Source of the DNA: a virus | Lineage: Duplodnaviria > Caudoviricetes | Virus record (IMG/VR): IMGVR_UViG_3300021507_000132 | Span: 1 to 58,785 of that record | Reading direction: 5' to 3' (one strand) | Length of the DNA stretch: 58,785 bases | Shown: positions 10,965 to 20,212 of the stretch, one piece after another | Layout: the number at the start of each line of letters is the position of its first letter | Numbering within the stretch: position 1 is the stretch's first letter | Program-made: the position numbers and the translations under genes | Notes under the pieces: generated by a model | What the model was told of the DNA's origin: nothing | The model's database searches: none | What the model saw: only the letters and a program-made list of their open reading frames with translations

Positions 10965-11543
10965 TTAACTAAAAGTTGGAACTGCATCTAAGCTGTCTGA
11001 ACTTGTTGCTGATTCTACTGTGAAGTTTCCTGCACCTGCTTTTGTATAAGGTGCTGCTTTGAATTTACAAGTTACTTTAAGAATTCCATCTCCAAAAGAA
11101 ACAGGTGTTGCTTCAACAAATCTGGCATTTGTTAGTATAAACCTGCATGCAGCTTTGTTGGTTATTGCACTATCAGCAGAAGTGACAGTAGTATCTTCTG
11201 TAAATAAAACAACCACTTTGAATTGATCTCTGTTTCTGCTATTTGTAACTGAAAGAGGTCCTGTGGTGTCCCAGTTTGCTTTTGTTGTGTGAAACAATTG
11301 TAAAATTCCGGAGTTATCTGTAGTATCTAAGTCTGTAAAGTAAATATCAAAAGACATAACGTATTCTCCTTCAGGGTTTGGTTTTTCCAAACAACCACCA
11401 TTTAATAAGTGTATTATATCAAAATCTTTAGTTCCTTGAGTTATCTCTAAAGAATCTCTGTCTATGCTTCCGTTATATTCTATAAAACTGCCTCCTTTGG
11501 GACAGATAGCTAATAGTCCCCATTCTGTCCAGGCATCTACCAT
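10965..11543 (-). CDS. major tail tube protein
   Basis: 192-aa acidic beta-rich protein upstream of chaperones, with own promoter-like motif and downstream T-tract. Confidence 0.7.
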   Translation of the reverse strand: MVDAWTEWGLLAICPKGGSFIEYNGSIDRDSLEITQGTKDFDIIHLLNGGCLEKPNPEGEYVMSFDIYFTDLDTTDNSGILQLFHTTKANWDTTGPLSVTNSRNRDQFKVVVLFTEDTTVTSADSAITNKAACRFILTNARFVEATPVSFGDGILKVTCKFKAAPYTKAGAGNFTVESATSSDSLDAVPTFS

Positions 11544-11550
11544 ACAATTA

Positions 11551-11808
11551 TTATTCTGCAGAAGTATTTATATCAACTGCCAAATCTATCTCTTTATCTT
11601 CTGTTTCTTCTTTGTATTTCTTTGTTTTTTCTTGTTTTTTTCTGGTTGGTTTCGTATCTTGCTTTGTTTCTGGAGCTTTAGTGATTATTACTGTCTGCCC
11701 TGGCAGAAGTGTAATATCTCTCTGTCTGGCGTAATCATATACTGTTATTGGCTCTTGCGAATTGTTAAGTATCCACTGTTTATTGTCTTCCAAATTCTTT
11801 GTTTTCAT
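11551..11808 (-). CDS. hypothetical protein
   Basis: Co-oriented ORF, charged C-terminus. Confidence 0.5.
   Translation of the reverse strand: MKTKNLEDNKQWILNNSQEPITVYDYARQRDITLLPGQTVIITKAPETKQDTKPTRKKQEKTKKYKEETEDKEIDLAVDINTSAE
11561..11578 (-). promoter_or_regulatory. late promoter motif AGTTGATATAAATACTTC
   Basis: Exact copy at 19053-19070 and near copy at 10685-10701, each 17-25 nt upstream of a structural-gene ATG; contains a TATA box. Confidence 0.7.
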
Positions 11809-11844
11809 AATATTAATTCTTCAACTATTTATATTATGTTTTTT

Positions 11845-11903
11845 GCTGAGTCTTGGTAGAACTCTATTTATTTATGGATTCACTTCTTGTTTGGTAATTT
11901 TAA
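11845..11903 (-). ncRNA. distal remnant of TIGR-like array 1, separated by the IS insertion
   Basis: Minus strand reads CCA-AACAAGAAG-TG-AAT-CCA-TAAATAAAT-AG-AGTTCTA-CCA, i.e. same CCA-N9-(A/T)G spacing. Confidence 0.6.
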
Positions 11904-13128
11904 CCTCATGAGCGGGAAGTCTCCTCCCTTCAAGAAGGGGATGAGAGCGAACCATAAATAATTTATAAATTTGGGTTATATAAATATTATGGTAACCAAA
12001 ATGAAAACAACATATAAATTCAGGTTATATCCAAAGAAAGAGCAAGAAGAAAAACTAATAAGAACACTTGATATATGCAGAGATTTATACAACTATTTGC
12101 TTTCAGAAACAAGGAAAAGGAAGATACATAGATATGAAATACAATCAATGTTGGTTTCTTTGAAAAAAGATAGGAGAGAATTAAACGAAGTTTATTCAAA
12201 GGTATTGCAGATGGTCGTATTTATGCTATCACACAACCTAAAAGTATTACACCGATTAAAGAAAAAAGGCAATAAGGTTGGTAAATTGAGATACAAAAAG
12301 AAGTTCAAGTCATTTATATACAATCAATCTGGTTTCAAAATCATAAAAACGGGTAAAAGATTGGATATATTGAGATTGTCAAAAATAGGGGATATACCAA
12401 TAAGATTACATAGAGATATAGAAGGAAACATAAAACAGACAATAATCAAGAGATACAAATCTGGCAAATGGTTTGCTCTCGTTTGTGTTGATGGTATGAA
12501 AAATAAGGAAAGCGAAAATAATAGAATTGTTGGTATTGATGTTGGTGTAAAATACTTCCTAACAGATAGCGATGGGAGACACATAGAAAATCCAAGATTT
12601 TATGAAAAACTATTGAATAGAATAAAAATAGAACAGAGAAAACTATCAAGAAAGAATAAGGGTTCTAAAAATTGGGAAAAACAGAGAAGAAAATTAGCAA
12701 AATTATTTGAAAAACTTGTAAATAAAAGAAACGATTTTCTACACAAACTATCTAAATTCTATGCTAAAAACTACAAAATCATTTGTGTCGAGGATTTGAA
12801 GATAAAGAACATGGTTAAAAATAGAAATCTTGCACAGAAAATACTTGATGTTTCTTGGGGTGTTTTTATAAGACTGCTATCCTACAAGGTTGAAAGAACT
12901 GGTGGGATGGTGGTTAAGGTAAATCCAAAAAACACCTCAAGAGAGTATAAATTTGGAAAACTTGATAGAGATTATAATGCCTCTCTGAATATAATGATGA
13001 GAGGTTTATCGGGGTTGGGACAACCCTTTGTGCCTGTGGAGATAACACCTCTACGGGAACTCAAGTTAGTTCCCGCAAGTGTCATTGTTGAAGCAGGAAG
13101 CCCCATCCTTTAGGTTAGGGTAGTTCAC
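11904..13128 (+). mobile_element. non-autonomous IS200/IS605-family (tnpB-only) element
   Basis: Left end after TTTAA with hairpin CTCCTCCCTTCAAGAAGGGGATGAG; right end GGAAGCCCCATCCTTTAGGTTAGGGTAGTTCAC; no tnpA. Confidence 0.8.
12001..13113 (+). CDS. tnpB: TnpB RNA-guided endonuclease (zinc ribbon deleted)
   Basis: TYKFRLYP N-terminus; RuvC motifs GIDVG, VEDL, DRDYNA; start could be 11989. Confidence 0.93.
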   Translation: MKTTYKFRLYPKKEQEEKLIRTLDICRDLYNYLLSETRKRKIHRYEIQSMLVSLKKDRRELNEVYSKVLQMVVFMLSHNLKVLHRLKKKGNKVGKLRYKKKFKSFIYNQSGFKIIKTGKRLDILRLSKIGDIPIRLHRDIEGNIKQTIIKRYKSGKWFALVCVDGMKNKESENNRIVGIDVGVKYFLTDSDGRHIENPRFYEKLLNRIKIEQRKLSRKNKGSKNWEKQRRKLAKLFEKLVNKRNDFLHKLSKFYAKNYKIICVEDLKIKNMVKNRNLAQKILDVSWGVFIRLLSYKVERTGGMVVKVNPKNTSREYKFGKLDRDYNASLNIMMRGLSGLGQPFVPVEITPLRELKLVPASVIVEAGSPIL

Positions 13129-13769
13129 CTTTTTCTGGCTTGTTCGCTTAAGCTTTGTGATTTGCTAAAAACATATGGCTCGCTTTGTTAGGTTGGGTTT
13201 CTAATTTTTTGTGACTCATTTTTCTCGCTTTTCTTTCCAGATTATTTTTTGTACTTCAGGCTCGCTCATAGTGTCTTCGGGCACCACTAGTTTTTCTTTT
13301 GAGAATGGCTCGCTCTCCTGCCATGGGTTCCCTAAACTTTAGAGGCTCGCTCTTTCTTTTTGGATCTACTGCTGGTGAATGGCTAAGTCGCTAAACTATA
13401 ATGGGTAATTTCCCTTTATATAGTTGGCTCGCTAAGCACTTTTGGTTTGACTTTTTCCCCGTTGGCTTTAATTCGCTTAAACTCCCAGAGTTTTTGTAAT
13501 CCTTCATAGCTGTTCGCTATTTTTAGGTGGTTTTCTTAAAGCGATTGGCTAATCGCTTCGTGTTTATGGGCTGCTAAATTATGATGGCTGAATTTTTACT
13601 CGCTTTATTTTTTGGGTATGACCTCATAATTATGGCTAGCTTTGGTTTTTAGGGTCTACTAAATATGTGTGGGCTGTAACTTCGCTTAGCTTCAGTGGTT
13701 TTGCTTTCTTTCCACATGGCTTAGAGTAGTTCGCTGGTCTTCTATGGTGAATTCTCTTTTTTAATGGCT
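13129..13769 (-). ncRNA. TIGR-like tandem guide RNA array 1 (~16 units)
   Basis: Minus-strand units AGCCA-N9-AG-(4-9 nt)-CCA-N9-AGCG directly downstream of the Nop-domain gene. Confidence 0.88.
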
Positions 13770-13820
13770 GACGGTTCTTTGTGCTTATAATAAAAAAAAA
13801 GAAAAAAATAAAAAAAGCAA

Positions 13821-14696
13821 TTAAAACAAGCCGTCGGTTAGTGGCGGTTCATCAATATGTTGGTGATTCAGCTTTTCTTCCACGTACGGCGGTCTTATCG
13901 GCAAACCTTTTAGTTTTCTCGCAACGACATAGTAGTGAACCAGAAACCTTTTAACCATCTTTCGCATTGCTCTCCTGTGTATATGCAAAGGCTTCAATTT
14001 CAAATCTGTAACTCCATAGCTGTTAGGATATTTCGCATGAAGTTCTCCTGGTTTGAATTCCATTGCTTCCAATCTTTGTTTTTCTTTGTCATATATTTCC
14101 CGATAATAAGGCGTCCTTTGCTTTAGAAAACTGTCTCCGATCAACCAACTAACAACTTTAGCTCTTGGTCTGTATTGTGCTTTTTCTCCTCGCTTTCTTA
14201 CTCTTGCTTTTCCGTCTACAACGTCAAGACCTGCAAATTTCCATATGCTAGAGGGCGATTTTGCCTCCTCGCAATAACCGAAATTTCTAATCAAATTAAT
14301 TGCCAAGACCTTGGAAATTCCTCTAATTCTTTGTAACCACTGCCATATTGGTTCGTGAGCCAAGAACTCGTCCATTAATTTCAAGCATCTCTTTTCAAGT
14401 CTTTTGGTTTCGTGAGCAATCTGCGTAAATTCTTCTATAAAGCACTGCTCTTCTTTGCTTAATTTGCCTTGTTTTTTGACTATCTCTTTAAGTAGAAATT
14501 CAAGATTTTTGTCTATATATCTATTAATATATGCTTTGTCTTCTTTCCTGTCTTCTGGTATGTTCAACGGCAAATCCTCATATCTCCTTCTGATAAGGTT
14601 TCTGATTCTACTGAAGTTGGCTATCCTCGCTGCCTGGTGTCCGTAGTATACATTTGCTATTATTGTTGCCATTTCCACATTTGGTTTTGGTTCCAT
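13821..14696 (-). CDS. tasA: TIGR-associated Nop-domain protein, TasA-like (IS110-related RNA-binding domain, no nuclease domain)
   Basis: Coiled-coil YYGHQAARIA...; WLQRIRGISKVLA; SSIWKFAGL; YREIYDKEK; HRRAMRKMVKRFL; no DEDD RuvC or HNH domain; adjacent array. Confidence 0.85.
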   Translation of the reverse strand: MEPKPNVEMATIIANVYYGHQAARIANFSRIRNLIRRRYEDLPLNIPEDRKEDKAYINRYIDKNLEFLLKEIVKKQGKLSKEEQCFIEEFTQIAHETKRLEKRCLKLMDEFLAHEPIWQWLQRIRGISKVLAINLIRNFGYCEEAKSPSSIWKFAGLDVVDGKARVRKRGEKAQYRPRAKVVSWLIGDSFLKQRTPYYREIYDKEKQRLEAMEFKPGELHAKYPNSYGVTDLKLKPLHIHRRAMRKMVKRFLVHYYVVARKLKGLPIRPPYVEEKLNHQHIDEPPLTDGLF

Positions 14697-14763
14697 GCAT
14701 AATTAATGTTATTTTTATATTTATTGTTTTCTGTTCTTTATTATATATTTTAAAATAACTATT

Positions 14764-15180
14764 ATGCATTTGATTTTTCTAACAGAAGGACCAGAAACTC
14801 AACACAAACAATTTGTAAAATGGATAAGATCCAGACGATATAAAGAAGAAGGAAAATACAGAACTGGAGATGTTATACCTCATGTGTCTGAAATAAAATT
14901 GTATGATATTCGCATAAAAGCCTCTGCTAAAGACAGATTTTTGCAGGATCTTCAAAATCAAATAGGACTGACAACAAATACTGGTAATGTAAAAAGGCAT
15001 TTAGGCAAAACTCTGGACAGGTTGTATTGGCTCTTATCTAAGTTCACTTCATTAAAGAGAATAATCATTCCTGAACGCACAGAACCAAGAAATCCTAAAG
15101 AATTTAAAGGTTGGTTTTATGTTGTTCCTTTGGGCATGATTGAAGACTCTGTTAATGAAGAAGGAGAAGAATGGCTCTGA
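14764..15180 (+). CDS. hypothetical protein, paralog of 17702-18088
   Basis: Shared MHLI..E, E(I/L)(K/R)L.DI, LG.I.D..NEEG motifs. Confidence 0.75.
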   Translation: MHLIFLTEGPETQHKQFVKWIRSRRYKEEGKYRTGDVIPHVSEIKLYDIRIKASAKDRFLQDLQNQIGLTTNTGNVKRHLGKTLDRLYWLLSKFTSLKRIIIPERTEPRNPKEFKGWFYVVPLGMIEDSVNEEGEEWL

Positions 15181-15512
15181 AGCCGAATGTTCTAAACTCT
15201 ATGCTGCTCCAATTTCGCAATAAAAACAAAGAGATTAATCTCATAACTAGCATATTTGATATTCGGATAGAGTATTCTGGAACAAAAGGTAAATTGGTTT
15301 TGGATTTTGATTATGTTTTGCCTAAAGATTATTACACTGTTATAATTGCTGCCAGTAACGATCCTAATTTTAACAAAGCAAGTTCAAGTGGTTCTTTAGG
15401 GTATTGGTTTATCAGGATTATTTTTAAACACGCTAAATTAATCAATACTTCACCTCTTATCCTTACTGGGAAAGCTTCAAATATCAAAAAAAACTGGTTC
15501 TCAGTATTATGA
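15171..15512 (+). CDS. hypothetical protein
   Basis: Overlapping start/stop within a 3-gene plus-strand cassette. Confidence 0.5.
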   Translation: MALKPNVLNSMLLQFRNKNKEINLITSIFDIRIEYSGTKGKLVLDFDYVLPKDYYTVIIAASNDPNFNKASSSGSLGYWFIRIIFKHAKLINTSPLILTGKASNIKKNWFSVL

Positions 15513-15787
15513 GTGAAGATTTGTATATACAAGATATACTATTTCCTAAAAATTTCAGAACAAGTTATATACTTATTATAACTTCTGTTTTCAGTTCTAA
15601 ATATAAATTTGGGCATACAAATGTGATCAAGTACTCTCTTACAAGATTTCATGACAATTTTACTGAAAAAGGCATTTTGTATTCTAAAGATTTTAGCAAT
15701 TGCGAAGACATGCTTAAAAATCATAAACAATTAGTAAAAAAATACAAAGTTAAACGCAAGAACCAAAAAATATATTTGGAATATTAG
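15509..15787 (+). CDS. hypothetical protein
   Basis: ATGA-coupled to the previous ORF. Confidence 0.5.
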   Translation: MSEDLYIQDILFPKNFRTSYILIITSVFSSKYKFGHTNVIKYSLTRFHDNFTEKGILYSKDFSNCEDMLKNHKQLVKKYKVKRKNQKIYLEY

Positions 15788-16359
15788 AGTCCGTATATTC
15801 TTGCGATTCTCTCAACTTCTTCGCTTATAATTCTGTCTATTTTCCTTAAAGTTCTTCTGTATGCTTTTCTAGTGATATATGTTGCTTTAATTCTTCTCTT
15901 GACCAAACTTCTGGCAATCATATATGCCAATTGTTTTCTTGATGGCGTATATGGTCTTCCATATTCTTTTTTAGTTCCCGGATAAGTTCTTCTTCTTGGT
16001 CTAGGTTGCAAACCTCTCAACAAAACCCACTCATACAAAGAATAGCCAATTCTTGTTTTCATTGGGTTTGGCGGTCTTTTGTTTCTGCTTCCTAAATCTA
16101 CATATATAGCATAAGCACTTCTTGGCTTACCAAAATACACAACAGTTCTATTTCTATCAACTTTTGAATAAATGTCATTTATCAAGTGTGCTGTTACTAC
16201 TTTCTTGTGAGCTCTTGTTTGAGTCACTAATTCATCTACTAACTCGTCTGCAATTCTTTTTCTTACTTCTTTTCCCAATCTTGTTGTTGCTTTTGGAAAG
16301 TTTCTCGTCAATTTTCTAAACCTTTCTAATCCCTTGACTTTCAATTCCAAGCTTAACAT
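15784..16359 (-). CDS. neck/tail completion protein (HK97 gp10-like)
   Basis: Very basic; VVTAHLINDI...AYAIYVDLGS motif; neck-module position. Confidence 0.7.
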   Translation of the reverse strand: MLSLELKVKGLERFRKLTRNFPKATTRLGKEVRKRIADELVDELVTQTRAHKKVVTAHLINDIYSKVDRNRTVVYFGKPRSAYAIYVDLGSRNKRPPNPMKTRIGYSLYEWVLLRGLQPRPRRRTYPGTKKEYGRPYTPSRKQLAYMIARSLVKRRIKATYITRKAYRRTLRKIDRIISEEVERIARIYGL

Positions 16360-16361
16360 AA

Positions 16362-16835
16362 TTAATGTCCGTAATATCTAAATTGAAAACTAATTTTATG
16401 AATTCTCACTAAAACATCGTCTATTATTGTATCTTCATTAGAACCATTACAATTCTCAAACATCAAACTTTGCTCTCTGAAAGTTTTACTTCCATCTGAA
16501 GAATCTTGATCTGTAAGATATTGAGTAATTTCGTCAGCAAGTTGATTTCTATGCGTTTTAGCATTAGAACCACTGCACCATATTTCTATATCTATAAGAA
16601 CTGTTACAGGACCTATAACATTCGGAGCTTTAGCTTCTCTAGAACCGCCAGCGTAATCAATGTATACTCTTGGCAAATTGCCTTTTATATGAGCTTCATC
16701 TTCGTGATTCACCAATATCCATTCAGAACTACTCCTTGCTGGTGATTGCTTGTCTGTAAGGTTGTTTCTTAGCACATCAGCTATATATTCAGGCACTGTT
16801 TGTGCAATTGTATCTTTAGTTATATCTACACTCAT
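16362..16835 (-). CDS. tail terminator-like protein
   Basis: LPRVYI...IDIEIW...LADEI pattern; position. Confidence 0.6.
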   Translation of the reverse strand: MSVDITKDTIAQTVPEYIADVLRNNLTDKQSPARSSSEWILVNHEDEAHIKGNLPRVYIDYAGGSREAKAPNVIGPVTVLIDIEIWCSGSNAKTHRNQLADEITQYLTDQDSSDGSKTFREQSLMFENCNGSNEDTIIDDVLVRIHKISFQFRYYGH

Positions 16836-16837
16836 AT

Positions 16838-17500
16838 TCAGATATTTCTACGAGGAAGTTCATTTCGTATATCCTCAAATGCAACAGTTTCGGTATCTTC
16901 GCCTCTCATAGACATTTTTGACTTTATTCTTGTTAATGTGTCTCTATACATTTGCATAAATCTATTGTAAGGATCTGGCATTCTTAAAATATCCAACGTG
17001 TCTAAATGCTTTAAAATTGTAGGGTCGCATTTAGCATAACAAAGAGCTGCTGTCAAATATATACAAGCCATTTTCAAATCATCACTTGTGATATTGGGTG
17101 GATATGAAGAATAAGTGACTTTTAGTGTATAATCTGTGGTGGGAGCTTCTGACAGAGTGATTTTGCCTCTTTCAGCGTCTATGGAACTTATTGTCATTTC
17201 TGTTCTGTTCCCTTCGGAATCAAACTTGTAAAATTTCACATCATCAGAATCTACAACACCATTTTGATTTCTGTCAGCAATAGGCCAGAAACGAGTGTAA
17301 TATACCTTATTAGAACCGTCTATAATGTTGTCTTTTTCTTCGTCAATATATTCTACTTCCTCATCTTCATGATAGACAAACAGTTCTTGAGCTATTTGTA
17401 TTTGAGCATATTTTATCAGCGAGTTTATTTGCTCGTCTGATATATCATCAGAGGTTAAACTAATTATGTTCCTTACTTCTGAAACTGATGCTAACGCCAT
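16838..17500 (-). CDS. head-tail adaptor protein
   Basis: MALASVSEVR start; DLKMACIYLTAA helix; downstream of capsid genes. Confidence 0.7.
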   Translation of the reverse strand: MALASVSEVRNIISLTSDDISDEQINSLIKYAQIQIAQELFVYHEDEEVEYIDEEKDNIIDGSNKVYYTRFWPIADRNQNGVVDSDDVKFYKFDSEGNRTEMTISSIDAERGKITLSEAPTTDYTLKVTYSSYPPNITSDDLKMACIYLTAALCYAKCDPTILKHLDTLDILRMPDPYNRFMQMYRDTLTRIKSKMSMRGEDTETVAFEDIRNELPRRNI

Positions 17501-17533
17501 GTATTAATTACTCATAAGATATATTAATTCTAC

Positions 17534-17680
17534 CTAACGGGCTATAATAACACAGTAATTTGTGCCGTTATGTGTCAATGCTATGATATTGTCTTTAGAT
17601 TTTCCTTTAATAGCATTAGCTATTTCAGTAGCAGTGCCAACAATTACGTCAAAATTCCCAGCATCATATGTTGTTACCAT
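17534..17680 (-). CDS. small hypothetical protein (48 aa, absent from ORF track)
   Basis: MVTTYDAGNFDVIVGTATEIANAIKGK...; fills the gap between co-oriented genes. Confidence 0.55.
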   Translation of the reverse strand: MVTTYDAGNFDVIVGTATEIANAIKGKSKDNIIALTHNGTNYCVIIAR

Positions 17681-17701
17681 AATTTAATAATCCACAAATA
17701 T

Positions 17702-18088
17702 TTATAATAAGTCTAATCCTTCTTCATTCTTTCTGTCAGGAATCGCTCCTAATATTATAAAATAACAGAATGTTTGAGGTGGTTTTTGATTGTTTAATGT
17801 TTTAGTTCCCATTTTGCTTAAATCTACTGGTTGTAATGGCGTCACTGCTTGTATCATTTCTCTCATATTCTCAACGTCTTTAGGATTTACATGCCCTGTT
17901 CCTTTAGGCAGTCTTTCCAATAACTGATCAACGCAAGATTCGTCTAGAGTAATATCTAACAATCTTAATTCTCTGCAACAAGGATATGTAGTTTCGCCTT
18001 TCAAATTCTTAACTGGAATAGAATGAATCCACTCTTGTAATTTTTCCCAATCTCCTGAAGAATGTTCTATCAAAGCAATCAAATGCAT
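17702..18088 (-). CDS. hypothetical protein, paralog of 14764-15180
   Basis: Shared motifs as noted for 14764-15180. Confidence 0.75.
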   Translation of the reverse strand: MHLIALIEHSSGDWEKLQEWIHSIPVKNLKGETTYPCCRELRLLDITLDESCVDQLLERLPKGTGHVNPKDVENMREMIQAVTPLQPVDLSKMGTKTLNNQKPPQTFCYFIILGAIPDRKNEEGLDLL

Positions 18089-18090
18089 TT

Positions 18091-18372
18091 TTAAAACTCA
18101 GGTTTTTTCTTTCCAGCTTGAACTGCTAGTATATCTGTAATTAGACCTTTCTTACTTCTGCCTCTTACTCTAAATTTATATCCAATTTCTCTCAATTTGT
18201 TATAATCCATTTTTTCTAACATTTCTTTAGTATATACTGTTCTTTTAGCTTCTGGTCTTGCTTTCTCCGGTTTAATCTCTTTAATTCCAAACTGCTTTTT
18301 AATTGCATCTGCCAATTTGTCTGGCAATTTCTCTCCACTTTTAATCTTTAAAGGACCTTTTATTGTTACCAT
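18091..18372 (-). CDS. Rho-N/HeH-like domain protein
   Basis: YTKEMLEKMDYNKLREIG...SKKGLITDIL; common next to capsid genes. Confidence 0.6.
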   Translation of the reverse strand: MVTIKGPLKIKSGEKLPDKLADAIKKQFGIKEIKPEKARPEAKRTVYTKEMLEKMDYNKLREIGYKFRVRGRSKKGLITDILAVQAGKKKPEF

Positions 18373-18403
18373 AATTTAAATAACCCTTAACTATAAATAT
18401 CAC

Positions 18404-18574
18404 CTACAACCAATCTTGTGCCATTTTTTTAAGCAATCTTCTAAATATTTCTGCTGCTTCTAAAGGTGTTGTTTCAAATTTAGCAATATGTATTGAATCG
18501 CCGTCAGTTTCTATAATTATCTGCCTTGGCAGTTTCTGTTGTTGAGTCTCTATACTGTTAGATTTATTTTCCAT
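18404..18574 (-). CDS. small hypothetical protein (56 aa, absent from ORF track)
   Basis: MENKSNSIETQQQKLPRQIIIETDGD...; fills the gap. Confidence 0.5.
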   Translation of the reverse strand: MENKSNSIETQQQKLPRQIIIETDGDSIHIAKFETTPLEAAEIFRRLLKKMAQDWL

Positions 18575-18588
18575 AATTTACAAAAATT

Positions 18589-19035
18589 TTAAAAAGTAAA
18601 GAAATTTGTTCCGTCAGAATATATCCTTAAAGTACCGTAATTGCTATTTATTGTTGCTGTGCTGCTTCCATCAATGGTTTCTGAACCTTCTGTAGCTACA
18701 GTTATATTATTGGATCCTGCATTTCCGCCTTCATCAGCAATTATATACACTTTGCCTGCAATAGCTCCTGCACTTGGCAGTGTAATTGTAACTGCTGAGC
18801 TAGTTGTATCTACACCAATAATAGAATCAGCAACACTAGCTGTGTAAGCAGAAGATTTGCTGACATGTTTCATTACCAAACCTCCATTAACAGTTAACCG
18901 ACCTGTAACAGTAAATGTATCTGCAGAAGCGTCACCAAAAGACATATTGCCTCTTATCTCTAAAGTATCCTTTACTAAAATGTCTTTTACAGTAAGCTTA
19001 CCAGAGTGAAAACCCCATCTGTATGCTTCTGTCAT
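18589..19035 (-). CDS. capsid decoration / head fibre protein
   Basis: VTITLPSA...GKVYIIADEGG...ETIDG...IYSDGTNF virion fold; directly after MCP. Confidence 0.65.
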   Translation of the reverse strand: MTEAYRWGFHSGKLTVKDILVKDTLEIRGNMSFGDASADTFTVTGRLTVNGGLVMKHVSKSSAYTASVADSIIGVDTTSSAVTITLPSAGAIAGKVYIIADEGGNAGSNNITVATEGSETIDGSSTATINSNYGTLRIYSDGTNFFTF

Positions 19036-19111
19036 ACTATAACATAGTAATAGAAGTATTTATATCAACTATTGAAAATACCAAAAAAATACAAAAAAAT
19101 AAAAAAAGGAA

Positions 19112-20212
19112 TTAGGCGTCTGTCACTTTTATTAAACAGACTGCCTTTGGTTCCAATAGCTTCACTTTGTAAGCCTGATTTGCGTAGAATATGTGCTTGC
19201 TCTTGAGTTTGTGGTATTCATAGTCTACATTAGGCTTCTCTTTCCAAGCAACAACTCCTGCTACTAACTGATCCCAATTGTTTGTTCCTACCATTATACA
19301 ACAGTGTCCAGCTGCACCCCAGGTTTTTGTATTCTGGTTTGTATCTGTTGCTCCTGAACTGTATGCTGGTGTATTGGTTGTTTTTATTATTCTAATACCC
19401 AAGTACCGTCCAATTTCTCCTTTTAAGACCACTTCGTTGCTTCCATATTCACTTGCATTTACAAATTGACTGTCTTTTCTGAATGCTTTGACCTGTGCTG
19501 GTGAAACAAATAGCAATCTAGGCACATAGTTGTTGGATTCCAATTTTTCCATTGCGTCTGCTATTAAATCAGTTGTTAGCACGTCTCCAGTGGATAAACC
19601 ACTAGGATCAGAAACTCCAGAACCTCCAAATACTCTATTAGTTACAGATGTGTCTTGGAGTTCTGTAGCTATTGCTACGTCCAAATCTCTTGCCAAATCC
19701 TGAGTTATTACATGTCTTGCGTGTGCCAATAAATCCACCATTGAAGTCATAGCAAGTTCTTTTGAAATAGCTACTCCGCCTTTTTTGAAATCAGAAGCGG
19801 ATAATGTTACTGGTACAGTGCTTATATTGTCCATTTCTGTTAAAGTTCTGTCAGAACCTTCACTAGTTGAATAGTTTAGAGATAAATGACTTGTTGCTCT
19901 TGGCACCATAACTTCGTGTGCTCCTGTATTGACCATGTATTCGTTGTGCATGACTGCTTGGTCAAATCTTCTCAAGTCCTCTGCATATTTGATAATCTCC
20001 TTGAACCACAATATTCCCTGAATACCTTTTGTGGAAGGTGTGCTTGTCGCCATGCCAGTTGTTGAAGTTGTTGTATCTGCCAATTTGTATATTTTTCTCT
20101 GTACGTTTCCTTCTGCATCTACTTGACTTCTTTTCAAAAAGAAGTCGCTTAGTGTCTTCTTAGTAAAAGAAGACTGAACCAACCTATATGTTTGTGCGTC
20201 CATTTTTATCAC
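19112..20212 (-). CDS. major capsid protein (HK97 fold)
   Basis: After protease gene; ISKEL, DLARDLD, GEIGRYLGIRII, EPKAVCLI motifs; T-tract terminator follows. Confidence 0.9.
   Translation of the reverse strand: MIKMDAQTYRLVQSSFTKKTLSDFFLKRSQVDAEGNVQRKIYKLADTTTSTTGMATSTPSTKGIQGILWFKEIIKYAEDLRRFDQAVMHNEYMVNTGAHEVMVPRATSHLSLNYSTSEGSDRTLTEMDNISTVPVTLSASDFKKGGVAISKELAMTSMVDLLAHARHVITQDLARDLDVAIATELQDTSVTNRVFGGSGVSDPSGLSTGDVLTTDLIADAMEKLESNNYVPRLLFVSPAQVKAFRKDSQFVNASEYGSNEVVLKGEIGRYLGIRIIKTTNTPAYSSGATDTNQNTKTWGAAGHCCIMVGTNNWDQLVAGVVAWKEKPNVDYEYHKLKSKHIFYANQAYKVKLLEPKAVCLIKVTDA

Noticed and set aside
13129-13769. Perfect self-targeting by TIGR guides
   Set aside because: By eye only partial matches were found (best about 14/18 at 10688, from an array-2 guide); an exhaustive search was not possible
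13821-14696. IS110 transposase call
   Set aside because: No N-terminal DEDD RuvC domain and no catalytic SG motif after AGL; adjacent array fits Tas
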